In this document: one piece after another, positions 39,165-51,537 of the stretch
How positions within the stretch are numbered: the first letter of the stretch is position 1
Layout of the letters: every line of letters starts with the position of its first letter
From: Octopus sinensis
Lineage: Eukaryota
Direction: 5' to 3'
Length of the DNA stretch: 64,000 nucleotides
Assembly (NCBI RefSeq): GCF_006345805.1
Contig: NC_043010.1
Span: forward strand, 64,790,001-64,854,000
Notes under the pieces: generated by a model
The model's input: only the letters and a program-made list of their open reading frames with translations
Database searches by the model: none
What the model was told of the DNA's origin: nothing
Position numbers and translations under genes: made by a program

Positions 39165-40780
39165 TTACTGTTTTAACAGAAGAGAGGGTGTAGTTTCACC
39201 CTCATCTTTTCTGTCTGTGAGTGTTGTGTTTTGCGAGGTTAGTTTTTTTGCGAATTGTTTGTACAGATGGCTTGAAAGGTTCATCTGTAACGAGCCTACG
39301 TCCTCCGCAAAAGATTTTTTAATTTCAAAATAATCCGCGTTATCTATCGTATAAAATTCTACATTTTCGGATATAATACTATTTATATCTGTTGCGATAT
39401 ATTTTTTCGCCGATTTCAGTAAATTAATTTTTTCCCTTAATAGGTTATTGTTTTTATTTATTGCCGTGAAGGTGTTTCTTTTTTTTTGTTAGGTGATTGT
39501 GGAGGGGGCTGTGTGTGTGTGTTTGTGGGTGTGTGTGTGCTTGTAGAAGCGTGGGTGTTTGTAGATGTGTGCGTGCTTGTGGTAGGTGTGTGAGTGTTTG
39601 TGTGTGCTTTTTCCAGTGTGTGTGTTTTTTTGGCTACGTGTGTGTTTGCGACTGTATTTGTGGGTGTGGGTGTGCTTGTCTGTGTCAGAGTATAGTCCTG
39701 TGTATCCGAAGAGGGTGGATTTTTCCGTTTCCGTCTTCTTTTTGAAGCTTCCACGTTGACCCACTCCTGGATGTTATTGTTGTTGTTGTCATCGTTGTTA
39801 TCGTTGTTTTCTCCCGTTGTCGGCTGAATTTCGGCAATTGGGGTGCGCGACGTGGCTGCTATTTCTAGCGGTGAAGTTGTTTTCGGCGTCGTGCTTGCCT
39901 CTGTAGTATTTTCTTTCGCTGTCTTCTTGCAGCTCGACCTTATGTGGCCTTTCTCGCCACATTTATAGCACCTCGGTTTTCTTCCCTCGACTATTACCAT
40001 CAAGGTGGTATCTCCAATGGTGAGGGAGCTTGGCAATTTTTCCAAGTCCGAGAGGTTCGCTTGGATCACAAGCTCTAAGTCCTGTCCATACCAGGTTGTG
40101 GGGCGATATCTTTTAGACTGAAGAATGGCAATTTCTTCCTCTTTGCCTAAGAGAATCGCTGCTGTTATGAAATCCACATCTATTTCGGGCGGAATGTCCG
40201 TAACCGTTATTCTGCTAGTTCTCATTCCTAAATAAAATGGTAAAAGAACTACCTCTTCTGACTTCAACGTTCTTGTTGAATGTTCCCTAGCTATTTCTTC
40301 GCTAGGGAAACGCACCTCTACCGTGCCGAAGCGACTACCCCTTGTTATATAACTTGTTTGTTGCCATATCGGCCTCAAACATTTTTCAATGGCTTCTCTC
40401 TGTACGAAGTCAATTTTCTTATTTTTGACATTATACGTCTTGTATATGACAGTTTTTCTCTCCGTCGCGTAAATCAATTCACTGGGAGGGAACAACTTCA
40501 CATTATCACCTTCTTTTTTTAGTAGTCCTTGGTATTTCTTTAATTCTTCCTTGTTAATGACTATATTTTCACAGGGGCGAGTTGCTGCACTCGCAAAATT
40601 TATTTTTGCCTTTTCTTGTCGTTTACTAGCTTCGCCAGACATATTGTCGTCTGCTTTTGTAACGCTCGCGTGAGACGTCTCTTTACTTCTACCTTCCTCC
40701 TCCCGCATTTTCGCCTTCATGCCTTCAAACAAATTTTCAACGTTTTCCTCCGACTCGGAGGAGACTGGTTGCAAATTCAT
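39165..40780 (-). pseudogene. Tx1-like ORF1 (gag-like, zinc knuckle) with a frameshift at an A9 run
   Basis: ATG at 40780; CYKCGEKGHIRSSC knuckle; stop at 39458-39460, but the -1 frame from the A9 run (39479-39487) continues about 100 codons to a TAA at 39165-39167. Confidence 0.8.
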
Positions 40781-40940
40781 GTCTTTTTCGTCACTTCCCC
40801 CTTGAAACAAGGGGGAAAAAACAGCAGAACTCTGCTGCAACAGCAGAAAAGAAGTGGCCTCGACGACCAAAACAGCAAATTTTCAAACTTTTCAGCACAA
40901 AAACAATCTTTCACTGCGGAGCAAAGAATTAACACGACCG

Positions 40941-41035
<95 letters not shown>

Positions 41036-41215
41036 CAAGAGAGAGTGAGAGAGAAAGAAAGGGAGAGAGAGAGAACGGAGAGAGTGGTGGTGTGTTGACG
41101 ATCTGAACGACAGCTTATGTAAACTTACCATCCCCCTACCACTGCATATTAATTTATTAAACCCTCTCCTCTTCCTTGGTTCCATTCGGGGTTTTTATCA
41201 GCTTTACATATTCAA

Positions 41216-44200
41216 CTAGCAGATTGACCCGGCTTTGCTCGGGTGGATAGAAATTTGATGGATAACTTGTTTAAGCGTTAATTTTAACGAAATTGCATTC
41301 CATTTTATCCATACTTTTGGAAAAATCAAAACAAAGATATTGTCCGCAACAGCGCATATTTTTATAAATTTGAAGAAAACAGCAGAACTTATGAAATCTG
41401 CTATTCGAATAAGGCTCAAAACACATAACAAAGTACAAAAGTGTCAAAAGAAGACAAAAATATGTAAATGTTTGACAGATACATTTGGGAACATAGCTAA
41501 ATTAGCATAAGGGTGAAATTTTTCCCAGAAAAAAGAAGATATTGACGGTCCATTTTTATATTTAGTTTTGTAGAACAAAACATCCAAATGAATAATTAAA
41601 CCAATAATTATATGATCGACGTTGTAATGAAGAATTGTATTGCATCTTGTGAAGGCGCAGAATCCAATTGATTGAATTGTCTGATTTGAAAGGTTGCATT
41701 TGATTTGAACTTGAAACCACATCATCTACAAAACCTCTGCATGCACAATGTTTTTTGTTGTCCTGTTTGGAGCAAATGTTTTTACTGCCGACTTGGGAAC
41801 ATCCAACATATAGTTGGCCGTGGGAAAAACAATGATCTCCAAGATGCAGTCCTGCAACGTTTAACGTCTGACCCTGAGACTTATTAATTGACATTGCAAA
41901 AGCTAAACGGAGTGGAAATTGCGTCCTTTTGAAAGAGTACGGTGTATCAGCGCCCGAGATAGTAAGAGTTACCCTTGGTATAACAACTTCCTCTCCTTTT
42001 CCACAGCCAGACATGATTGTTGCATGAATGATGTGATTTGACATTCTATTCACAACAAGGCGAGTACCATTGCAAAGTTTAGGAGGAGTTATATTTCTGA
42101 GAAGTATGATAGGACATCCTGCTTTGAGGTACAACATGTGTGGAGGAAAACCAGGAGGATCCGATGAATTAAGAAATTCAATAGGGTATTTAACAGTATC
42201 ATAGGGGTCAACGTTCGAATCAATTGATTTAAAAACCATAGAATTTCCCGGAAGTGTTTCAAGCAATTGCCGATTGATTGCAGAGACGGTCACGTTTGTA
42301 GGTGATAAGATAGCTCTTTCACAAAGCCATGTATGATTGAGTAAATTTTCAGGCAATTGTGGAAAAACGGCCGATTTAAGATCATCGATACTACCAACCA
42401 GGGAACACAAATGCTGAATTGCAATATGGTCGTGTTGGTCTTTTGGTACCCTACCGTCACCCAAAAGAAGAAGATCCTGGGCGAACTTTTCATGTTCAAT
42501 GTCTCCATGTAATCGAACACGCATGTTTGTGGTTAATCTGAGTGTTGTTACTTGTGACCACAATGAAGAAGATTTCAAGCATGCCCGAACCTGATCCGCT
42601 CTTGTGCCCTTTGGAATTACTGGCAAAGTTTGTCGAAAGTCCCCAGAAAACAATACTGTTAGGCCCCCCATACTTTGTGGACAGTCTCTTACGTCTTGTA
42701 GAGTCCTATCGAGGGCCTCAATAGCTCCTTTGTGGGACATTGTGCATTCATCCCAAACGATGAGTCTACACCTTCTGAATAGATCTGCCCGCTGACTGTC
42801 CTTCTTAATGTCACAAGTAGTAGTTTCACTGGAGGTTAAATTAAGGGGAAGCTTAAACGTTGAATGTGCTGTCCTGCCACCAGGAAGAAGGGTTGCAGCA
42901 ATACCCGATGAAGCTACAGCTATTGCAATAAGTTTATTTTGTCGAACTTTTGCCAAAAGTAATTTAGTGACAAATGTTTTGCCGGTACCTCCGGGAGCAT
43001 CAAGGAATAAAATGCCACCACATTGACTGAAAACGTTAACAACTGTGTTGTACGCGGACAATTGATCTGCAAGTAATTTCGGTTCCATTTCAAGAACCTG
43101 TTTTGATAGAGCATGGATATCATAAGAAGTTTCCTGGATGATGAAGGTTGGAATACCTTCAGAGTCAGTCCGATGAGTTTGTGGAAGTCCGTATGATGGT
43201 AAAACAGCGCTACCCATAAGTAAAAGCCTATTTTCTATGTCAATGAGTGCTTGATTGTAAATTTCGTCAGTAAAGACGACTTCAAAATGAGGAAGTTGTT
43301 GCTGAGCCTGATGCAATAAATATGTCAATTGGTTGCGAAACTTCAGCCATAGCGTGTTCGGATCACTTATGTTGCAATGTATAAGAAGTTTTGCGAACAG
43401 TTCTCGCGCAGTTCCAGCTGAATGTGATGAAGCAATCTCCGCCAAAGTTGCGTCCCATCGTGAGTCGTCTTCTAGCATACCACGCGCCAGACAGGCTTCT
43501 CTGAATGTAGGATAGACATGATTGTCGATAGTTTTTAGGTCTTCAAATGAAGTGGCTCCTGTTACCTCATGAAGTAGCATGCGTAGATAAAAGCATTCAT
43601 GTTGATTTGGAGGAACCGTGTACACTCTGCCTAAAGAAGAACTGAACTTGATATCCGATTGACCATCTAATGGTTGGCCATTTTTTCGACGACTCCATTT
43701 TTTGTTATCTCATGTATCGTATGACGGAACTTGATTGTAAAACAATGTTTTCGCGAAATCATATTTCTGACACAACTTGAAGAACCCTGTTAACGTTGTC
43801 TCTCGAGAGGTTTCTGCTAATAAAGAAGCATTCTCACGAGTGTAATACGTCCACTGACCATTTTCGAGGTGAACGGCTAAGTGTATGATTACAGGATGCC
43901 TTTCATGAATAGGGAAGCCAAAGAATCGCCAAAAGGCCTCGCTACTACTTATGTAGCGCCCAACTTGATATTGCATCACTTCGTCTCTACTGTCCCCGCC
44001 ACGTAGAGTAAATGAAGCTGCGTCGGAGCCCTTAGTTATGTACTTACATATATATTGGATGCACCTAACAGAACTACAAAATTCAACATTGATATGTGCA
44101 TCGAAAACGCTCAACAAAAATGGACAATATGGAATAACCCATCTGTTGTCAGCCTCGTAACCATTAACAATGGCCGTAAAACCTCCATCTTCAGGGCGCC

Positions 44201-45282
44201 TACGTCTGTACAAAGGGTAGCCGTCAGTGTCAGTCTGAGTTTCACGGACGAAAGAGCGTGGAAATGTTTTGGTACCTCTCTTATTGCCTGAAACGCACGG
44301 TAAATCAGTTCTTAAACCAGGCCCACACGGACCGTGCACCATATGAGCCTTAACTTTCATGTACAAGTCCTTATCGATAGAAGGATCAGGGAACTCCGCC
44401 GAGATTATGCTGTCAATATCGTTTGAATTGACCTTCGTTGCCAACCAGATGAGAATATGAGCATGAGGAAGCCCTCTTTTTTGCCATTCAATTGTATACA
44501 CGTCAGCTATAACGGGACCATAGACCTCACCTAATTTGATAAGATCCATGAGCTTAAGTAACTTAAGATGAAATACCCTCGCTGAGAGATCATAACGGCG
44601 TGTGACTGTCTGACCAGGAAGAAGTTCGTCCTCAATTTCCTTCCATTGTAGGAATTTGAACAATAAAATCTTAAAGTCAGTCAGAAGACACCAATTCTTG
44701 TAATTTTCAGTCAAATCATTATAACAAAATTTCTAAATTTTTGATTTGATTTGAATGAAGCAGGGCATTTCCTAAGCGGCTGATTCATTTATAAAAAATA
44801 CTTGGTTTTTTATTCGGTTGAGTCAAGAACAAGTTAAAAAATAATAACTTACGAACGATTGAGCCTTTCAACGTTTTCGATGAAAAGATTAATTCAATCT
44901 TCTAATTTATTTTTATCCATCAAAATATGTTGATTTTTTTCAGGGAACGCTTCAAATTCACACTCATTTAATAAACACAACAGTATGAAAACATTTAAGT
45001 CATTTAAGACTGTCTAAGGGAAATAACTATATAAGCATTTTTAGAGAGTTACTTCCCTTATATATATGCCAAAAATGCATTAAAAATGGGAAAAATGATG
45101 GTAATTTTTTTTTTAAATCGTAGACTCATCGTAGACGCGCGCTAATACCCAGAAGGGTTCGATATGAATCATGACTATAAGATACCCGCTTTTGGTTAAA
45201 CTGCACCGCAAAATGTGGGAGTAGTTAGGAATCTAAATCGTAGGAGACAGACACCACACAACCTCACTTTTATATATATAGA
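41216..45282 (-). mobile_element. Helitron with both termini and a broken Rep-PIF1 helicase ORF
   Basis: 5' A|TC at 45282-45281; 3' hairpin 41227-41244 then CTAG|T at 41219-41216; Rep motifs EWQKRGLPHAH and YICKYITKG; helicase GGTGKT, GGRTAHS, WDEC, GDFRQ, AMSINKSQG. Confidence 0.93.
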
Positions 45283-45296
45283 TGTGCGTATGTATT

Positions 45297-45357
<61 letters not shown>

Positions 45358-45369
45358 AGATATAGATAT

Positions 45370-46800
45370 AGCGAGAAGTTGATGCTATAATAGATAATGG
45401 TGTCATTGAGACCCAAATCTGTCAGGTAATGCTGAGTAAGTGATAGAGACAGACCATAGTTAAGTTCCAGATTCGGTAATATTGCGAATAAAGGGTTTGT
45501 CAGCGTGTGTATATATGAATTTTTTTGCATAATGAGATAAAAAGCCAAGGCTGTATAGATATTAGAGCATTTATAGATAGAAGGTCTTACAGCTGTTTCT
45601 AGGATATTAATTAATAATATCCCTTCATCGGAGACGGTCCGAGAGGAAAAATTAAGACATAGTTAGTTTCGATGTGATACAAATAGAGAGTGAGGTGGAG
45701 GAAAGAAAATAGATGTAAGATATGTATGGTTACTGAGTTCGTAAATCCGTTTTATAGGCATAATGGTATATATGTGTAATATTCCAATATCCTTTGAGTA
45801 AAATCCAAAAGTCGAACAGAGTTTAATATGAGTCCATCCAGGTATAGAGTTTATAAGCAATGTAAAATTCTCTTAAAGTTGGTCATTCCCAGTAGGGAAT
45901 TTATATAGAGTGTACACTCTATATAGAGCTACACTCTATATAAATTCCCTACTGTATTATCCATATTACATGATGTTACATGCTATGAAACGGTCCAAAA
46001 CTCTAGTCAACAAAATCTAAGACTTTGTAAGATTAATAACTTTATACTGAGAAGGTCTTACAGAAAAAGAATATGACTATATTACCAATTTTAGATGAAT
46101 ACCTAGACGCTTATATAGCATACCAAAGTCCACGACACTGAAAATAATAACTAAAGCATGCTAAGGATCTACTGACATATACATCAATGTCTCCTTACCA
46201 AATGATTTGAAATTAAGACAATAATAGCTGGTCCAGCATGGGAATAACTTTATAGAAATCCTTCTTGAGTTATTCCTCAAGCATACCAGAAGTTTCAAAG
46301 CAGATACTAAAGCATCTTCCGAAAACAGTCGATGAAAATCACTGATAGAATCTTTCAATGTTCTGAGTCTTTATTCAAACGTCTCTCGCGAAATACGAAT
46401 ACAGGTTATTAAATCCTGGTTGGATCATTATAACGATGACTTCCTCACCGCTTGACAAAGTATCTGTAATAGGACAAAAGTTTCTTCTGGAGACATTATG
46501 TTCCCATGATAATTTTTATTCCTATTTTTATATCATTTCTTTATTTGTATGATATTCTAAGCTATACATACATCCTCTATATAAGATATATATGTCCCTA
46601 GTATATTAGTCTAATCCCTTCCATAAGCATGTAACCATCATTTTATAAAGAAAAAACCACAACCCTGAAGAGATTCTACCCGATATTATTCAAAATGATA
46701 ATTAATTCTCATCATTTGAATTCTTGAAATTATGCAATTATTTATAGGCTGGAATCGAAACGTACACGCAAGCTTTTCTAAAATTTTATTTGTATTCAGA
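45370..46800. mobile_element. Penelope-like remnants in opposite orientations (- strand 3' end/pLTR; + strand RT)
   Basis: Minus LREFYIAYKL C-terminus with hammerhead at 45584-45635; plus SLYSNV..SWLDHY RT pieces; junction marked by a 25-bp perfect IR. Confidence 0.6.
45584..45635 (-). ncRNA. Hammerhead motif, same family as 14790, core variant CCGAUGA
   Basis: gtct-CCGATGA-a-gggatatta/taatatcct-a-GAAAC-agct-GTA-agac. Confidence 0.6.
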
Positions 46801-46801
46801 T

Positions 46802-46993
46802 TTTATCTTGGAATTATCTAAATGAATTAATTTACACCCTTATCAACTCTCCATTTTCCCAGCTTTAATTAGATAATACTTACAACAATCCTATACATAT
46901 TGGGGAGACTTTCCTTGAATGTGTTGGCGATTAAACCAGTGAAATTTTGGATATATTAATCCCTTGAGAAGATAATATATCCTCGAATTGACT

Positions 46994-47057
<64 letters not shown>

Positions 47058-47062
47058 GTATG

Positions 47063-47129
<67 letters not shown>

Positions 47130-47266
47130 TGGTTTAATCGCCAACACATTCAAGGAAAGTCTCCCCAATATGTATAGGATTGTTGTAAGTATTATCTAAT
47201 TAAAGCTGGGAAAATGGAGAGTTGATAAGGGTGTAAATTAATTCATTTAGATAATTCCAAGATAAA
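46802..47266. repeat. Perfect 141-bp inverted duplication around a (CA)n/(TA)n-containing spacer
   Basis: 46802-46942 is the reverse complement of 47126-47266. Confidence 0.92.
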
Positions 47267-50200
47267 GTGAAGGCCAAAAGGATGAAGAAAACATCCAGGA
47301 CCCAACAAAAGACAAAACCGAGGAACCTAGAACAAAGGCAAACAATGACACATGTCCAGCTCCCAACACAACTGAAGACCAAAGATGGCCGCAAAAAAAG
47401 AAAAACACCCTAAAATTGATGGGAAACAGGAGGCAAAAGACAAGAAAATTAAAGCTAAAACAAACCCTGTTCAGAAAAAACAAAAGAACCCCAGCAAGAA
47501 CATCTGCAAATTCTACCTGAAGGGGGACTGCTGGTACGGCGTCGAAGGTGCGAACTGTCGCTTTGCACATCAGAAGCCCTACCAAAACCGCTCGGACACA
47601 AGACAAAAACCCCTCCCTGGGGGAGAACAAAAAGATAAAGAAAAAGCAAAATATAAAAGAAGGAAAAATAGCGCACGGACCACTGAAAAACGATATGTGG
47701 ATGTGGTGCGCGGTAACCCAACAAATGGCCAGCTTCACCCAGATGTGAGAAGGGCAGCAGCTGAACAGCAATCTTTTTTGTGCGTGGCACAAAAAATTGT
47801 TCAGCAGCTGACCTGGCTACAAGCACAAAACTGGAACTACCACCACATAAGGCCACCACCAACAGATGCAGGATGGCCACCACAGACACCAACACCAACA
47901 CACACACCACAAAAATATTTCTACTGTACGTAGGAGGGCTGCTGCGCGGCAACTGTAAAAGGAAAATCTCATTCCTGAGAGACCTTGTGACTTGCAATCA
48001 AGCTATATGCATAGCACTCACAGAAACGCATCTTGGACACGATATAGGGGATGCAGAAATACACATACCGCAATATGCAGTCATACACTCAGATAGAAAA
48101 GGGAGGAGCCATGGTGGAGTTGCAATGTACATCCGAGATGACCTCACACCCCAGGTCCTGTTGTCATATTCAAACTCAGTGTGTGACACTCAAATTGTAT
48201 ACATAAGACAACTGAATATCGTCATATGCACTACATATCGCCCACCAGATGCCCCAAATCACCCGGGCATGTTTGAAGACTGCCTAACAAAAATAGAAGT
48301 CCTCACCAACCTTGAACAAAACAACAGTGTATTCTTCATGGGTGACTTTAACTTCCCCCACTGTGGAATGGCCTGGGGGGGGCAGATGCTCTCAGGGATG
48401 ACACACCATCAGCAGGCACAGGCAAAGTCCCTGCTCCATCTCACAAATGCCTCTTTCTTGGAGCAAATAGTTCTGCAACCAACAAGGGGAGATAATATAC
48501 TGGATCTCTGCTTCACAAACAATATGGATATTATCCATAATGTTTAAGGTGATGCCGACAATGATCTCAGATCACAACATAATAGAGCTGTCTATGTATG
48601 GACCAAAAGCCCCCGTAGACATACAACCTATACGAAGCATCCACCATCTCTCCAACTTAAACTTTCATAAAGCAAACTGGAAGTTGATTGAGAAAGAGAT
48701 CCTCAAACAGGATTGGCCTAAATGTCTCTCCACACCGGACATTAACATGAAACACAAACACTTCATGTCCATAATACTAGCCATATGTGACAAATATGTA
48801 CCAGTGTACAGGGCCAGCACACACAAAAACAAAAACAGAATCTCTAGAGAAAGGATGATTCTTATGAGACAACGGACAAGGATTGCGAACCGCCTGAGTA
48901 CATCAACATTGAAGATGATGATATCACACTAGCCATAGATGAGATTGACACAAACTCAGCTGCTGGACCTGATGGATTTCCAGCGATCCTTTTCAAATCG
49001 TGCAAACGAGCCCTTGCAAAACCGCTACAGCTTCTTTTTCAGAGCTTTCTTGCAAGTGGTAAGCTCCCAGTCAAATTGAAAGAGGGGGTAATATGCCCTA
49101 TCCATAAGGGAGGTAGCAGAGCAGATGCTAAAAATTATAGGCCTATCTCTCTGACCTCACACATCAGCAAAGTCATGGAACGAATAGTCCGCAAGAAACT
49201 AATCATGTTCCTTGAAGAAAATGACTTGCTGTCTGACACCCAGCATGGATTTCGACCAGGTAGAAGCTGCCTAACACAGCTCCTGCAACTCTATGACTGG
49301 GTGTTAAAACAGCTACTAAATGGCACAAATGTGGATGTAATATATCTCGACTTTGCAAAAGCCTTTGATAAAGTCGACCATGGTATGATCTGTCACAAAC
49401 TGCGTGGTCTCGGCATAGGCGGAAAACTTGGAGAGTGGCTGCACAACTTCCTAAAAGACAGAAGACAGGCAGTTGTGAGCAATGGAGCCACCTCCAAGGA
49501 AACACAAATAACAAGCGGTGTTCCACAGGGCACTGTCTTGGGGACACTGCTGTTCATAGTGGCCCTTTCAGACATGCCTTCAGTTGCTACGATGGCCACC
49601 CTTGCTAGCTATGCAGATGACACAAAAGTCTCCCACACAATACACAAAACCCTGAAAATATTGCGCATCTGCAACAGGAGTTGGATAAAATATACAGGTG
49701 GGCTGAGGACAACAACATGCAGTTTAATGCAGGTAAGTTCCAGGCCCTCCGCTACCGGCACACAAAGGTAAACGACGTGCAGACTGGATACACTGGCCCA
49801 GGAAGAATTGCAATCCCTGAGTCAAAATCAGTGCGTGACCTAGGCATTGACATGAGCAATGATGCATCTTTCCAAGTGCATATTACTAATCTGGTGATAC
49901 AATGCAGACGGCTAGCTGGATGGATTCTCCGAACTTTCAGAACAAGAGAGAAGGAGACACTGATGGTCCTCTGGAAAACATTCGTCCTCAGCCGCTTGGA
50001 CTACTGCTCCCAACTATGGTCACCACACAATATAAAACTAACAGCAGAACTCGAAGCAATTCAGGGAAGCTACACAAAGAAGATCGTCTCAATGCAAAAT
50101 ATCAGCTACTGGGAAAGACTGAAAGTATTAAACCTCTTCTCCCTAGATCGGAGGCGGGAGAGGTATGCGGTGATATACATCTGGAAAATCCTGGAGGGTC

Positions 50201-50601
50201 TTGTCCCAAACTTTGGCATTCAAAGTTACTCCAACCGCAGAACGGGGTGCCACTGCATGGTGCCAAAGATTCCAACATCACCATCAAAATACAGGACCAG
50301 ATAAAGCAAAAGCTTGGGTTTCAGAGGACCACAGCTCTTTAACATCCTCCCTAAATGCCTGAGAGACTTACATGGTGTGGATGTGGGTTTCTTTAAAAAT
50401 AAACTGGATCTCTTCTTGTCGGGAGTCCCAGATGAACCTACCTCACGGCAGGAGACGCAGATGCGGGCAGCAGCATCGAACTCCCTTGTTGATCAAGTGC
50501 CACGTATCAGAGGTGGATTCACATATTAATGTAGCTCATTCAGCGGCGGTGCCCCAGCATGGCCGCGGCCTTCGGGCTAAAACATTTTAAAGGATTTAAG
50601 G

Positions 50602-50605
<4 letters not shown>
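47267..50605 (+). mobile_element. CR1/Jockey-group LINE, decayed (frameshifts, stop, internal deletion), ORF1 with CCCH zinc finger
   Basis: ORF1 CKFYLKGDCWYGVEGANCRFAH; endonuclease LTETHL and MGDFNFP; RT NYRPISLTS, YLDFAKAFDKV, SGVPQG, SYADD; tail of AAGGATTT repeats followed by (TA)n. Confidence 0.88.
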
Positions 50606-50642
<37 letters not shown>

Positions 50643-51179
50643 TATATTTATATATATGTATGTGTGTGTGTGTATGTATGTATATATGTGTGTGTATGTT
50701 TGTGTGTGTGTGTGTGTGTGTTTGTGTGTGTGAATATATGCATGTGTGTACGAACGTATGCATGTGTGTGTGTGTGTGTGTGTAACAGCATCATTGTCAT
50801 CATCGTTTAACGTCCAACTTCTTTGCTCACCTGGTTTAACGTTTTGACAGAATGTGACAAGACAGCAAAATGCATCGAGCTCCAGTACCTGCTTTGGTAT
50901 GATTTCTACGATTGGTTGCTCTGCTCAACGCCAAGCAGTTTGCAGTGTGCTGGGACTTTCTTTCTCGGTGATACTAGCGCTAGTTATGTCAGGAGCAAAT
51001 TTCCAAGAGAATACTCCCTAGATTGAGTGGGGACACAGTATTGAGGGATGAGGTTTCTGTCAGGTGTACAGGGGTTAAAGTATAATAACGTACAGGAACA
51101 AGTGTCTTGATGTAGAGGAGATATAGCACTACCCTTTATGAAAGGTAAGAAATACATCACGGTGATGAGGTGTTAGGGG

Positions 51180-51537
51180 TTACCCTCAAGGGACAAAGGA
51201 AATATAAGTGAGAACAGAGAAAGAAAATCAGAAAGTGTAGGCAAGCAGTGATAAGTTAGCAATTCTGTGAAAAGAGAATGGGAAATGGTTAGTGATGGGG
51301 ACAGAGAGGAATCCGGTGAATGTGGAACACGTGCAAGTATCGTTAAGGCTGAATCTCTGTTTTGGGACCACTCGATTTCGGTGATCGAGTGGACATTGCA
51401 CCTCATTGTAAAATCTTTTCATAACTCATTATTTAAAAATTTTTCTTCGTCTTATTTTAACCCACTTTTGTTATTTTTAAGTTCCCCGATCTGTATTGTC
51501 CCTTCTTTGTTGGCCCCTTGTGGGTAATAAAAAATCA
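51180..51537 (+). mobile_element. Probable Tx1-family 3' remnant
   Basis: Weak KR-WEMV-like C-terminal residues; tail ttgtccct...gccccttgtgggtaataaaaaatc resembles the other Tx1 tails. Confidence 0.4.

Larger units (their letters stand above)
35571..40943 (-). mobile_element. Near full-length Tx1/L1-clade non-LTR retrotransposon embedded in a (TC)n microsatellite
   Basis: ORF1 with CCHC knuckle; ORF2 with APE, RT and C-terminal CCHC; 3'UTR with AATAAA (35577-35582, minus); GA repeats at 35537-35570 and from 40944 on the + strand. Confidence 0.93.

Noticed and set aside
41562-43625. Cellular PIF1 helicase gene
   Set aside because: Intronless, frameshifted, preceded by HUH Rep motifs and bounded by Helitron termini.
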